A stretch of 64,000 bases of DNA, from contig CAMBUO010000003.1 in assembly GCA_945871105.1 (NCBI GenBank), positions 9,747-73,746 of the forward strand. Direction: 5' to 3'. The translations under genes and the position numbers were made by a program. Source of the stretch: an uncultured Clostridia bacterium. Lineage in GTDB: Bacteria; Bacillota_I; Bacilli_A; RF39; UBA660. Each line of letters begins with the position of its first letter. The stretch's first letter is position 1. Under the pieces are notes generated by a model that worked only from the letters and a program-made list of their open reading frames with translations, ran no database searches and was not told where the DNA came from. Of this stretch, positions 1 through 10,293 are shown piece after piece.

Positions 1-1076
1 CTGATGAATATCCTATTCAACCTAAAAGACATACAAGAGAGTTTTTAAGAGAACAAGCATATCTTAGACCAAGAACGAATTTATTTAATGCTGTTTTTCG
101 TGTTCGAAGTATAGCTGCTTATGCTATTCATAAATATTTTCAAGAAAATGGTTATGTTTATTTTCATGCCCCTTTAATAACAGCAAGTGATTGTGAAGGA
201 GCTGGACAAATGTTTCAAGTAACAACTCTTGACTTAGAAAGAGTTGCTAAATCAGGTAAAGTTGAATATGATAAAGACTTTTTTGGCAAAATGGCTGCTT
301 TAACTGTTTCTGGTCAACTTGAAGCGGAAACTTTTGCGATGGCTTATAAAAAAGTTTATACTTTTGGTCCAACTTTTCGAGCTGAAAATTCGAATACTAA
401 AACCCATGCATCGGAATTTTGGATGATTGAACCAGAAATAGCTTTCTGTGATTTAAGTCAAAATATGGATATCATGGAAGGTATGTTAAAATACGTAGTT
501 AAATATGTTTTAGAAAATGCTAAAGCTGAAATGGAATTTTTTGATAAATTTGTTGAAAAAGGATTACTTGATAAATTAAATAAATTATTAACTAGTCATT
601 TTACGAGAATATCTCATCATGATGTTATTACTATTTTAAAAGAAGCTAAAGTAAAATGGGAATTTGCCCCAGAATATGGAGAAGATATAGCTAAAGAACA
701 TGAAAAATATATAACTGAATACTTTAATGGTCCAGTTTTCATTACCGATTGGCCAAAAGATATTAAGGCTTTCTATATGAAATTAAACCCAGATGGTGAA
801 ACTGTAGCAGCCGTTGACTTAGAAGTACCAGGTGCTGGAGAATTAATGGGTGGCTCTCAAAGAGAAGAAAACTATGATAAGCTTGTTAAGAGAATGGATG
901 AATTAAAAATGGAAAAAGATAGCATGGACTGGTATTTAAATTTAAGAAAATTTGGGGGATGTCCACATTCAGGTTTTGGAATGGGCTTTGAACGTTTATT
1001 AATTTATCTAACTGGTGTTGAAAATATTCGTGATGTTATTCCATATCCAAGAACCCCTGGTAACTGTGAATACTAA
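1..1076 (+). CDS. asnS: Asparagine--tRNA ligase, C-terminal ~358 aa (5' end outside window)
   Basis: Frame +3 is open from the window edge ([26 protein letters not shown]...) and continuous with ORF 210..1076. It has class IIb motif 2 ([21 protein letters not shown]), motif 3 (GFGMGFERL) and an AsnRS-type C-terminus ([11 protein letters not shown]). Confidence 0.93.
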   Translation, partial: DEYPIQPKRHTREFLREQAYLRPRTNLFNAVFRVRSIAAYAIHKYFQENGYVYFHAPLITASDCEGAGQMFQVTTLDLERVAKSGKVEYDKDFFGKMAALTVSGQLEAETFAMAYKKVYTFGPTFRAENSNTKTHASEFWMIEPEIAFCDLSQNMDIMEGMLKYVVKYVLENAKAEMEFFDKFVEKGLLDKLNKLLTSHFTRISHHDVITILKEAKVKWEFAPEYGEDIAKEHEKYITEYFNGPVFITDWPKDIKAFYMKLNPDGETVAAVDLEVPGAGELMGGSQREENYDKLVKRMDELKMEKDSMDWYLNLRKFGGCPHSGFGMGFERLLIYLTGVENIRDVIPYPRTPGNCEY

Positions 1077-1106
1077 AAAAACTAAGAATTTATTTCTTAG
1101 TTTTTT
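1075..1106. terminator. Bidirectional rho-independent terminator between asnS and the PrsW-like gene
   Basis: A 7-bp stem (ctaagaa/ttcttag) with a 5-nt loop is flanked by an A-run upstream and a T-run downstream. Confidence 0.6.
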
Positions 1107-1863
1107 GATACCCACAATTAGGACAAAAATTAGATTCAATATTAATATGACAATTAGGACAAATACTTAAATTTTTTTCATCTAATAATACAGTTTTTTT
1201 AATCTTTTTAATTGTTAAAATAAACATAGTAACAATAAAGATTAAATAAATAATTAATAAAATATAATTGGCTGATAATAATAAATAATCATATAAACCA
1301 TGTAAAATAATAGGAATTAAAATACTTAATATTTTATTCTTATTACTATCTTTTAAATCCCCAAATTTACTATTACCTAAATAATAACCCATATAGGTTT
1401 GAAAACAAGCATGTCCAGGAACAGCTGTTATAGATCTTAAAATAGCTATAGTAAAAGCCGTTTCACTTGTAAAGACATATAAAATATTTTCTAAACAAGC
1501 AAATCCTAATCCTACAAATACCGAATATAAAATTATATCAAAGTATTGATCAAAGTCTTGATGATTATAAGCTATTTTATAAATTACTAACCATTTAGCT
1601 AATTCTTCAATTAAAGCAATAAAAATAAAAGAATAGATTAGTAATTCAAAATGATTTAATCCTTCTGTTGTTATATATTTTGGAAATACTATAAAACTAA
1701 TTATTGAGATAATAATTACAATAATAGTTGATAATATTCCTCCAAAAAATAATTTTTGTAATAATTTTTTTGGTTCTTTAATGGTATCTTTCTTATAATA
1801 ATAATTACCTATTAAATATATTGGTAATATTGCTAAAAATAATGTTAATAAAATAATAACCAC
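1090..1863 (-). CDS. PrsW-family intramembrane metalloprotease with C-terminal zinc ribbon
   Basis: Multi-pass membrane protein with PrsW-type motifs EELAKW and HGLYD. The C-terminus carries a CPNC...CPNC ribbon. Confidence 0.7.
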   Translation of the reverse strand: MVIILLTLFLAILPIYLIGNYYYKKDTIKEPKKLLQKLFFGGILSTIIVIIISIISFIVFPKYITTEGLNHFELLIYSFIFIALIEELAKWLVIYKIAYNHQDFDQYFDIILYSVFVGLGFACLENILYVFTSETAFTIAILRSITAVPGHACFQTYMGYYLGNSKFGDLKDSNKNKILSILIPIILHGLYDYLLLSANYILLIIYLIFIVTMFILTIKKIKKTVLLDEKNLSICPNCHINIESNFCPNCGYQKTKK

Positions 1864-1978
1864 CTCTATTATAGGATATCATATATTTAAAATATTAGAT
1901 AGATAATTTTTTAGAATTGACTTTATCATTAAAAAGTTATATACTTAAAGTATAATAAGTGTAGGGAGGTAACGTTTT

Positions 1979-3247
1979 ATGGAACGAAAGATTTATAATG
2001 ATTTATTAAGATGGAAAAAAGATGCTTATAAACCTTTATTATTATATGGATCTAAACAAATTGGAAAAACTTATTCAGTTATTGATTTTGGTAGAAGATG
2101 TTATAAAAATATAGTTTATTTTAATACAACAAATAATAAAGATTTATTTGATATTTTTAAAAGAGAAAAGATTCCCGAAAAAATTATTTTAAAATTATCT
2201 GTTTTATCTGGTGAAACTATTTTTAAACAAGATACTTTAATTGTTCTTGATAACGTTGAAAATCCTAATTTAGTTAAAGCTATTAAATTATTTGGTAATG
2301 AACATAATGAATATCATATAATCATGATAACATCTAAGAAAGAATATTTATCTAAATTTAAAGGGGAAGAATTACATTTTAAAGCTATGTATCCTCTTGA
2401 TTTTGAAGAATTTCTAGTTAATGGTGGAAAGAAACAATTAGTAGATTTTATAAGAGAATCTTATGTTAATAATACACCTATGCCTTTTCATCAAATTGCT
2501 ATGGATTTATATAATGATTTTTTAATAACTGGTGGTTATCCTGAAGTAGTAGAAGCTTATTTAGAACATAAAGATTATTTAGTAATCGAATCTATTAAAC
2601 AAAAAATAATTGATTTAATCAAAAAAGAAACAATTGATGCTAATAATTTAATTGATATTCAAAGATCAAATGAAGTTTTAAATAGTTTACCTTATCAATT
2701 ATTAAAAGAAAATAAAAAGTTTCAATATGGTAATATTAAAAAAGGAAGTCGTAGTAAAGACTATGAAGCTAGTATTCAATTTTTAGGTCTTAATGGGTTA
2801 ATCCATCGTAGTTTTAAATTAAATGATGTTAAAAGTCCTTTAAGTAGTTATAAAGATATAGAAAGTTTTAAATTATATCCTAATGATGTTGGTATTTTGT
2901 ATACTATGTTACATTTAAATAAAATGAAATTCATGACTAATGATGAAATAAAAAGAACTTTAATTGAAAATAATGTTGCTAATACTTTAGTTAATTTAGG
3001 TTATAGTTTATATTATTATCAATCAGATGGAAAATCAGAAATTAGTTTTATTGTCCAAAATAGATTAGGAGAAATAATTCCTATCGAAATATTAAATATG
3101 AATTTAACTAAGGCTAAAGCTTTATCAATGTTTACAGCTAAATATAAAGTAGGAAATCCTATTCGTTTAACTGAAGATAATTTTAGTAAAAAGAAAAATG
3201 TTAAGTATATTCCTGTTTATGCAAGTTTTTGTTTAAGAGATTTATAG
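1979..3247 (+). CDS. AAA-type ATPase (DUF4143-like architecture)
   Basis: GGAGG RBS. Walker A is GSKQIGKT and the Walker B-like segment is LIVLDNV. The 422-aa layout is typical of ATPase + DUF4143 proteins; the family call is from pattern memory only. Confidence 0.6.
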   Translation: MERKIYNDLLRWKKDAYKPLLLYGSKQIGKTYSVIDFGRRCYKNIVYFNTTNNKDLFDIFKREKIPEKIILKLSVLSGETIFKQDTLIVLDNVENPNLVKAIKLFGNEHNEYHIIMITSKKEYLSKFKGEELHFKAMYPLDFEEFLVNGGKKQLVDFIRESYVNNTPMPFHQIAMDLYNDFLITGGYPEVVEAYLEHKDYLVIESIKQKIIDLIKKETIDANNLIDIQRSNEVLNSLPYQLLKENKKFQYGNIKKGSRSKDYEASIQFLGLNGLIHRSFKLNDVKSPLSSYKDIESFKLYPNDVGILYTMLHLNKMKFMTNDEIKRTLIENNVANTLVNLGYSLYYYQSDGKSEISFIVQNRLGEIIPIEILNMNLTKAKALSMFTAKYKVGNPIRLTEDNFSKKKNVKYIPVYASFCLRDL

Positions 3248-3289
3248 TATAAAATTGATTTTAATTATTAAAATAGTAATGGTGAGAAA

Positions 3290-3829
3290 ATGAATAATAA
3301 GAAAATTTTATTTATTGCAACAATTACTATTTTTTTAAGTATGTTTTTATTTCATAATATTTATAATTGGTTTCCAAACTTTTTAACAGCATCTTTTTTT
3401 CCAGTTAATGAAAGTTTATTTGAACACTTAAAACTAATGTTTACCACTCAAATAATAATAAGTTTAATTATTTATTTAATTTTAAAACTAAAAAAAATTA
3501 AATTTAGTAATTATTTACTTGGTTTATTAGTATCTACTATAGTAACTATTAGTTTATTCTTTTTAATTTATTTACCAATTTATAATCGTTTTGGAGAAAA
3601 CTTATTTTTAACCATGTCTATTTATTTAATAACTTTGATTATAGGTAATATTATCTTTTATTTAATAAGTAAGAGAAAACATGAATTTTTATTAAATTTA
3701 ATTAGTTTAGTGATTATAAGTATTATTTCAGTAATATTAATTTATTTTACTTTTAATCCTTTAAAAAATGATTTTTTCTTTGATTCTATCGAGGAAATAT
3801 ATGGAATAAAAAATCAAAACACTAAATAG
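3290..3829 (+). CDS. Hypothetical polytopic membrane protein
   Basis: 179-aa ORF with about 5 hydrophobic helices and a GGTGAG RBS. No recognisable motif. Confidence 0.55.
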   Translation: MNNKKILFIATITIFLSMFLFHNIYNWFPNFLTASFFPVNESLFEHLKLMFTTQIIISLIIYLILKLKKIKFSNYLLGLLVSTIVTISLFFLIYLPIYNRFGENLFLTMSIYLITLIIGNIIFYLISKRKHEFLLNLISLVIISIISVILIYFTFNPLKNDFFFDSIEEIYGIKNQNTK

Positions 3830-4064
3830 TAAGAAAGTAAATAAAAAATTATATACATTTTTATGTAGTTATTTAATGTTACTAAAAATTTGTATTATTT
3901 ATAATGATATATTATAGAAAGTTAAATATGTTTAAATTATTTAAGATTATTTAAGCATGTTTTTTTATGGGTAATTATTGTCATTACTTTTTAATTATTG
4001 TATAATACATTAACAAGATGTTAGGCACTACGAGAAAAAATACGATTATATAAGGATGATTAAA

Positions 4065-5198
4065 ATGAAAAAAAATATTTGTAAACCAGATTATGATAGA
4101 AGTATATTATCTATAAGTTCTTCAATAATGAAAAATTATGGTATAGAATCAGAATATAAGTCTTTAATAGAACTTGATGATATTTTAAAAAATAATTATA
4201 AAAATGTTATATTTTTAATATTAGATGGCTTAGGTACTGAAATATTAAGAAAAAATTTACCAAATAATAGTTTTTTAAGAAAAAATGTAATTACAAGTAT
4301 AACTTCGGTATTTCCATCAACGACTGCTGCAGCAACAATAGCTTTACATTCTGGTAAATCACCATTAGAAAATGGCTGGATAGGATGGATGCCATATTTC
4401 AAAGAATATAATAGAATGATAGAGTTATTTTCAGGAAAAGATTTTTATACTAGAGAAAAAATTATGGAAAAACCAGAAAATGGATGTTTAAAATATCAAA
4501 CAATTTATGAAAAAATATGTGAATTAAACAAAGAAATTAAATATCATAAAATATTTCCATCTCGTATTGTAGAAAATGGTGCTACAACATTTGAAGATTT
4601 ATGTGAAAAAATAGAAGAAAGTTGTAACAATAAAAGTAAAAATTTAATATCTGCATATTGGCATGAACCAGATCATACAATTCATCATAATGGAACTGAT
4701 AGTAAAATAGTAAAAAATGTCTTAAAAAATATTGATGAAAACATCAAAAAACTTAAAAATAATTTATTAGAAAGTATTATTATAATTACTGCAGATCATG
4801 GTGCTACAGATGCAGAAGAAGTTTATATAAATGAAATTAAAGAGATAGATGAGTGTTTGGCATTACCACCATCCATTGAATCAAGATTTGTCTCGTTTTT
4901 TATAAAAAAAGGAATGAAAACAAAATTTAAAAATGCTATTAGAAAAAATTTTAAAAATAAATATATTTTATATACCAAAAAACAATTTTTAAAAGAAGGA
5001 TTATTAGGAAGAGGAACACCACATAAAAGAATTGATGAGTATTTAGGTGACTATATTTTAATATGTAATTCAAATTTAAATATTTTATATTCTATTAGTG
5101 GTGAAAAAGATTCAAAACATTTGGCAGATCACGGAGGAATAACTAAAGAGGAAATGATGGTTCCGTTAATTGTTGTAACTTGCAATAAAGATAGTTAA
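4065..5198 (+). CDS. Alkaline-phosphatase superfamily protein (type I phosphodiesterase/nucleotide pyrophosphatase-like)
   Basis: Contains ILDGLGTE, FPSTTAAATIALHSGKSP (nucleophile region) and TADHG motifs. The start is moved to the second ATG, which has better AAGGA spacing; the ORF-track start is 4056. Confidence 0.7.
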   Translation: MKKNICKPDYDRSILSISSSIMKNYGIESEYKSLIELDDILKNNYKNVIFLILDGLGTEILRKNLPNNSFLRKNVITSITSVFPSTTAAATIALHSGKSPLENGWIGWMPYFKEYNRMIELFSGKDFYTREKIMEKPENGCLKYQTIYEKICELNKEIKYHKIFPSRIVENGATTFEDLCEKIEESCNNKSKNLISAYWHEPDHTIHHNGTDSKIVKNVLKNIDENIKKLKNNLLESIIIITADHGATDAEEVYINEIKEIDECLALPPSIESRFVSFFIKKGMKTKFKNAIRKNFKNKYILYTKKQFLKEGLLGRGTPHKRIDEYLGDYILICNSNLNILYSISGEKDSKHLADHGGITKEEMMVPLIVVTCNKDS

Positions 5199-5440
5199 AA
5201 ATAATATAATAGATAAATAGTCAGCAAAAAAATTATATATAAGCATAAAAAATGAAAAAAATAACAAAAGTAAAACTAAAGATGATTTAGTACACAAGTT
5301 CAAAATGAAATTATTAAATATTCATTAATAGTAAATAAGATGTTATATAATAAAATTAATTAAAACTTTATCAAAAAAAATGTCGATTAAAAAAAGAGTA
5401 AACTTTTAAATATTTCATATATTATTATATGGAGGACTAT

Positions 5441-7732
5441 ATGTTTCAAAGATTTGATGAAGAAAGTCGTAAAGTATTAAAAAAAGCTAAAATAGAAATG
5501 CAAGATATGAAACATCCGTTTGTTGGGACAGAACATTTTATGCTAAGTATTTTAAAAAATAAAGATTTAAATTTAACTATGAAATTAAATGAATATAATA
5601 TTTATTATGATAATTTTAAAGAAAAGTTAATTAAATTAATAGGAATTGGTAATAGTTTAAATAATTGTTTTATTTATACTCCTCTTTTAAAAAGAATAAT
5701 TGAAAATGCTATTCTTGATACTAGGGAAGATGGAAAAGTTGAAGTTAATCTTAATAGTTTATTTTTATCACTTTTAGATGAAGGTGAAGGAGTTGCTATT
5801 CGTATTTTAAATGATTTAGGTGTTGATATAGATGAAATGTATTTAGAATTTGTTAATATCGATGAAAGTCCTAAATATAAAAATAAAAAGAAATTATCTA
5901 TTTATGAATATGGCATTGATTTAGTTAAATTAGCTATGGAAAATAAAATTGATCCAGTAATAGGAAGAGATAAAGAAATTAATCGCATGATTGAAATATT
6001 ATTAAGAAGAACCAAGAATAACCCTTTATTAATAGGAGAAGCAGGAGTTGGGAAAACAGCTATTGTTGAAGGATTAGCTTTAAGAATTAGTAAAAATGAA
6101 GTTCCTGAAAAGTTATTAAATAAAAAAATTATTTCCCTATCTTTATCTAGTTTAGTAGCTGGAACTAAATATCGAGGAGAATTTGAAGATAAAGTTAATA
6201 AAATAATCAAAGAATTAGAAAGTAATCCAGATATTATTTTATTTATTGATGAAATTCATTCTTTAGTAGGAGCCGGTGGAGCCGAAGGAGCCATTGATGC
6301 CTCTAATATCTTTAAACCTGCATTAGCTAGAGGCAAATTAAAAATGATTGGAGCAACTACCATAAATGAATATAAAGAATCAATTGCTAAAGATAAAGCC
6401 CTAGAGAGACGTTTTCAAACTACTATTATTAAAGAACCAAATTTTGAAGAAACGAAAAATATTTTAATGAAATTAAAACCTATCTATGAAAATTATCATC
6501 AAGTAATTGTTCCTGAAACTATAATAGATAATATTATTAAATTAGCTGATAAATATATATTTAATCGCAAAAATCCAGATAAAACTATTGATATATTAGA
6601 TGAAGTCTGTATAGCTAGATCTTTAATAAAAGATAAAAATACTAAGAAGATAGAAGATTTACAACAAGAATATAATTTAATTCTTGAAAATAAAAATAAT
6701 TATTTATTACAACATGATTTTTTCCAAGCATCTTCTTTAAAGAAGCAAGAATTATTAATTGAAAGTAAAATAAACGAATTAAAACTTACTAAAAATAAAA
6801 TTACTAAAAAAGAAGTAACTTTAAAAGATGTTGCTTTAGTTATTAAAAATAAAACAAATATTCCAGTTTATGAAATCGAAAATGAAAATAATAATCTTTT
6901 AAAAAAATTAGAAAATATGTTAAATGAAGAAATAATTGGTCAAGAGGAAGTTATTAAAATCTTATGTTTTGAAACCAAAAAACTTAAACTTGGTTTAAAA
7001 AATACGTGTAGACCTTTATCATTTCTATTTACTGGTAAATCAGGAGTAGGGAAAACAGAATTAGTTAAACAATATGCTAAATTATTAGATATGCCTTTAA
7101 TTAGAATTGATGGAAGTGAGTATAAAGAAAGTCATACTACAAGTAAGATTTTAGGATCTCCTCCCGGTTATGTTGGTTATAATGATCATAATTCTATCTT
7201 AGATGATATTAAAAATAATCCTTATTCTATTATTCTTTTAGATGAAATAGAAAAAGTTAATCAAAGTGTTCTAAATTTATTTTTACAAATATTAGATGAA
7301 GGTTTTATAACTAATTCAAGTGGTGAAAAAGTATATTTTAATCATACCATTATTTTCATGACAAGTAATTTAACTTCAAATATTAAATCAATTGGTTTTA
7401 ATCAAAACAATAAAGTAATTAAAGATAAATTAGAAGAAGGATTAAGTCTAGAATTTATTAATCGTATTAATCATATTATGCAATTTAATAATTTAAATGA
7501 AGATATCATTAAAAAGATAATTAATAAACAAGTTAAATTAATTAAGAAAAAATATGCTAATCAAGACATTATCTTAAATATTAGTTCTACTTTTATAAAT
7601 GACATATTAAAACTATCTAATTATGAAACTAGTGGTGCTAGAAATATTAAAAATTTAGTAGAAGATAAAATAGATAATTTAGTTATAGATAATTTATTAA
7701 TTGGTAATAAAAACATTAAAATAAAACTTTGA
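5441..7732 (+). CDS. clpC: ATP-dependent Clp protease ATP-binding subunit ClpC
   Basis: Clp_N repeats (FVGTEHFMLSIL, GVAIRIL) are followed by D1 Walker A GEAGVGKTAIVEGLA, Walker B FIDEIH, and D2 GKSGVGKTEL with LLDEIEK. The start is at the ATG after GGAGGA; the ORF-track start is 5429. Confidence 0.92.
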   Translation: MFQRFDEESRKVLKKAKIEMQDMKHPFVGTEHFMLSILKNKDLNLTMKLNEYNIYYDNFKEKLIKLIGIGNSLNNCFIYTPLLKRIIENAILDTREDGKVEVNLNSLFLSLLDEGEGVAIRILNDLGVDIDEMYLEFVNIDESPKYKNKKKLSIYEYGIDLVKLAMENKIDPVIGRDKEINRMIEILLRRTKNNPLLIGEAGVGKTAIVEGLALRISKNEVPEKLLNKKIISLSLSSLVAGTKYRGEFEDKVNKIIKELESNPDIILFIDEIHSLVGAGGAEGAIDASNIFKPALARGKLKMIGATTINEYKESIAKDKALERRFQTTIIKEPNFEETKNILMKLKPIYENYHQVIVPETIIDNIIKLADKYIFNRKNPDKTIDILDEVCIARSLIKDKNTKKIEDLQQEYNLILENKNNYLLQHDFFQASSLKKQELLIESKINELKLTKNKITKKEVTLKDVALVIKNKTNIPVYEIENENNNLLKKLENMLNEEIIGQEEVIKILCFETKKLKLGLKNTCRPLSFLFTGKSGVGKTELVKQYAKLLDMPLIRIDGSEYKESHTTSKILGSPPGYVGYNDHNSILDDIKNNPYSIILLDEIEKVNQSVLNLFLQILDEGFITNSSGEKVYFNHTIIFMTSNLTSNIKSIGFNQNNKVIKDKLEEGLSLEFINRINHIMQFNNLNEDIIKKIINKQVKLIKKKYANQDIILNISSTFINDILKLSNYETSGARNIKNLVEDKIDNLVIDNLLIGNKNIKIKL

Positions 7733-7743
7733 TTTACTTAAAC

Positions 7744-7772
7744 TTTACATTTATAGACATTTATGGTATAAT
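7744..7772 (+). promoter_or_regulatory. Sigma-A-type promoter for the 7797 gene
   Basis: TTTACA, 17-nt spacer, TATAAT, located about 25 nt upstream of the RBS. Confidence 0.5.
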
Positions 7773-7796
7773 ATGCCTGTTTAAGGGGGAATTTAT

Positions 7797-8591
7797 ATGC
7801 GTAATACTAATATAGAACTATATTTAAAATATAGTAATAACCACCAAGGATATGAAGAAATTTATCAAAGATCATTTAATGAATTATTACAAGAAATAGA
7901 GTTAGAATTTTCTATTTTATCTTTGAAAGAATTAATGGAAATCTATTTATATTATTCTAAACCAAATAGATTAAAAAAGAATTATATGAATAATCTGCTT
8001 ATTTTAATTTATGAAGTTATTACTGAACGTTTAAGTCAATTTAACCCAATTGATGTTGTCGATAATTATGTTGAATTATGCAATAGTATAATAGCTTTAA
8101 ATGATAATATCCAAAGTTATCAAAATATAATTCAAGTTAGAACTTATAATATAGAAGATGATTTCTTTATAAATAATCAAGCAATGAGAAGTCATAAATC
8201 AATAGAAAAATTTATTAAAAATTATCAAGAAGAAATAGAATCATTTAAAGATATATTAGATGTAGCAAAAAGTTCAAATAATTATTTAGAGAAATTAAAA
8301 CTTAATATTCAAGATTATTTAGATAGTTTGATAAATAATTTAACTGAGGAAGAAAAAAAAGAATTAATTCAAGAAATAAATAAAAGAATAGATGTTCATT
8401 CACAAAAATTATTATATCAAAAGAGATTATTATCTAATAGAAAAGTTTTTGATATAGAAATGCGTTTAAGTAATATCGATCCTTCAAATATTCAAGATAA
8501 ATTTGATTTTAGTAATTTAAAGAATAGATTAACTATATATGAAGATTATCGAAATAAATTAATTAATAAAACTAAAAAATCTGGCATTTAA
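7797..8591 (+). CDS. Hypothetical protein (helical, coiled-coil-rich)
   Basis: 264-aa ORF with a GGGGGA RBS. No recognisable motif. Confidence 0.55.
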   Translation: MRNTNIELYLKYSNNHQGYEEIYQRSFNELLQEIELEFSILSLKELMEIYLYYSKPNRLKKNYMNNLLILIYEVITERLSQFNPIDVVDNYVELCNSIIALNDNIQSYQNIIQVRTYNIEDDFFINNQAMRSHKSIEKFIKNYQEEIESFKDILDVAKSSNNYLEKLKLNIQDYLDSLINNLTEEEKKELIQEINKRIDVHSQKLLYQKRLLSNRKVFDIEMRLSNIDPSNIQDKFDFSNLKNRLTIYEDYRNKLINKTKKSGI

Positions 8592-8968
8592 TTACCAGAT
8601 TTTTCATTATTTAAAAAGATTGCATAAGTAGTAAGACCTATTAATAATATAGATAACATAATATAATTGTTATTAAAATAAGCTTTATTATTAATTATAT
8701 CTAAAATACTATTTGTGGAAGTAATTCTATATAACATAAATATATATGTATAAATACCTATATTTAAAAAATTAAATGATATTGTTTCTTGATATATTTT
8801 TTTCTTAGATAAAATAGTTAGAATCATAATAAAAGAATATATTAAATTTAATAGAAAAAATATAATTGATAGAAAACTAGTTTTATATAAATTATCAATT
8901 AATAAGAAGATTATGACTAAATAAGGAATAAATAGTAATAGTCTTAAGTAATATAGTATTTTTTTCAT
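8588..8968 (-). CDS. Hypothetical small membrane protein
   Basis: 126 aa with 4 hydrophobic helices. An ATGA start/stop overlap couples it to the upstream AAA gene. Confidence 0.55.
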   Translation of the reverse strand: MKKILYYLRLLLFIPYLVIIFLLIDNLYKTSFLSIIFFLLNLIYSFIMILTILSKKKIYQETISFNFLNIGIYTYIFMLYRITSTNSILDIINNKAYFNNNYIMLSILLIGLTTYAIFLNNEKSGN

Positions 8969-10164
8969 ACCTCATCCTTTAGTATTTGTTTAGTTTCCAT
9001 TAGATATATATCTTTGAATATTTCATTAAATCTTACTAATTCTTTTTGGATAACATCAGGATAGATTAATTTAGTTGAAAGTATTGCTTTTCTAACATCA
9101 CGAATAGTTACTTCTTTTCGGTTATCGAATGATGCAAAGGAAAAAGCTTGTTGTAAAATAGTAAGAGAAATATCTGGATATCTTACGGATGTTTCGTAAG
9201 TTCTTTTGAATTCAGAGGTTATATCAGTTATAAAAGCCATGATTTTTTCTTTAACAAAATCAGAGTATTTTAGTTTTAAGCCCATTTTCTTTTCAAATTT
9301 GGGATAAGTTCCCATCATAATTTGAATATTCATTTCTCTAGTTGGTTCAGATACTTCAATTTTTTGAAAACGTCTAACAAAAGCTTTATCTCTTAGAATA
9401 TAACGATCATATTCATCACTAGTAGTCGCTCCTATAATTTTAATCGTTCCACGATCGATAACTGGTTTAAAAATATTAGCAAAATCCATGGTATTTTCTC
9501 CATTACCAATTAAAGTATGAATCTCATCAATAAAAACCATAACTTTATCAAGATTTTTTAAATGACTAACCACGTGTTGAACTTTTAATTCTTGGGTTCC
9601 TGGGATAATTCCTGTTAAAGCAGCACTATTTAATTTAAAAATAGTATAACCTTTTAAAGCATCCGGAACTTCTCCTCTTTGAATTTTATAACTAAGTCCT
9701 TCAACAATAGCTGTTTTACCAATACCTGGTTTACCAACTAAAATACCAGATTTTTCAGGAGTTAATAAAATAACAATTAATTGTTTCATTTCATTTTCAC
9801 GACCAATCGCAGGGTTAGTTATATATTCTTTATCGGTTAAATTCTCACCATATTCAATTAAAACTTTATAACTTGGATGGTCTTTAATATTGTTTTCTAT
9901 ATTTTCTTCTTCTTTTCCATCTGATTTTACATCTTCTTTTACATCAATTGCTTCTATATCTGATTCTGGTTGAATCACCTCGGTTTCTTCTTTTACATTT
10001 TCTTCATCTAATAATGCTTCCTCATCATTTACATCAATTACAGTATCAAAAATATTATTTTCTTTCTTTTCTTCTGTTTCATCAACAAGAATATCATCGT
10101 TATTAGAATCATCGATTAGTTCAACATCATCTATTTTTTCTAAATTTTCATCTAATGTTTCCAT
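8965..10164 (-). CDS. Single-module Clp/Hsp100 D1-like AAA+ ATPase with long acidic N-terminal tail
   Basis: GKPGIGKTAIVEGLSYKI, FIDEIHTLIG, IIGATTSDEY and RRFQKIEVSEPT parallel the ClpC D1 module. The first ~110 aa are D/E-rich. There is no Clp_N and no D2 module. Confidence 0.75.
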   Translation of the reverse strand: METLDENLEKIDDVELIDDSNNDDILVDETEEKKENNIFDTVIDVNDEEALLDEENVKEETEVIQPESDIEAIDVKEDVKSDGKEEENIENNIKDHPSYKVLIEYGENLTDKEYITNPAIGRENEMKQLIVILLTPEKSGILVGKPGIGKTAIVEGLSYKIQRGEVPDALKGYTIFKLNSAALTGIIPGTQELKVQHVVSHLKNLDKVMVFIDEIHTLIGNGENTMDFANIFKPVIDRGTIKIIGATTSDEYDRYILRDKAFVRRFQKIEVSEPTREMNIQIMMGTYPKFEKKMGLKLKYSDFVKEKIMAFITDITSEFKRTYETSVRYPDISLTILQQAFSFASFDNRKEVTIRDVRKAILSTKLIYPDVIQKELVRFNEIFKDIYLMETKQILKDEV

Positions 10165-10293
10165 AAGCCACCACCTTTACTTTTCTATTATACCATATTT
10201 AAGTCCTATTATTAAATACCTAATTTAAATTTCTTTTTCTTGTTGCTATTATTAAAAAAAATAGGTATAATAATACCGAAGGATGTGAAAGGG

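Noticed and set aside
4196-4402. Short antisense ORFs in the six-frame track: 4196..4402, 5902..6210, 14206..14388, 14964..15272, 18058..18300, 18759..18944, 19458..19640, 32385..32630, 38037..38222, 38434..38619, 47194..47424, 50091..50351, 58557..58745 and 61930..62130.
   Set aside because: Each lies entirely inside a longer opposite-strand gene that has clear family motifs. They have no RBS and a low-complexity composition typical of shadow ORFs in AT-rich DNA.
5199-5440. A CtsR operator (GGTCAAA direct repeat) upstream of clpC, and a small 11-codon ORF (atgaaaaaaataaca...).
   Set aside because: No GGTCAAA-type heptad repeat is present in the 240-nt leader. The mini-ORF has no RBS and no conservation argument.
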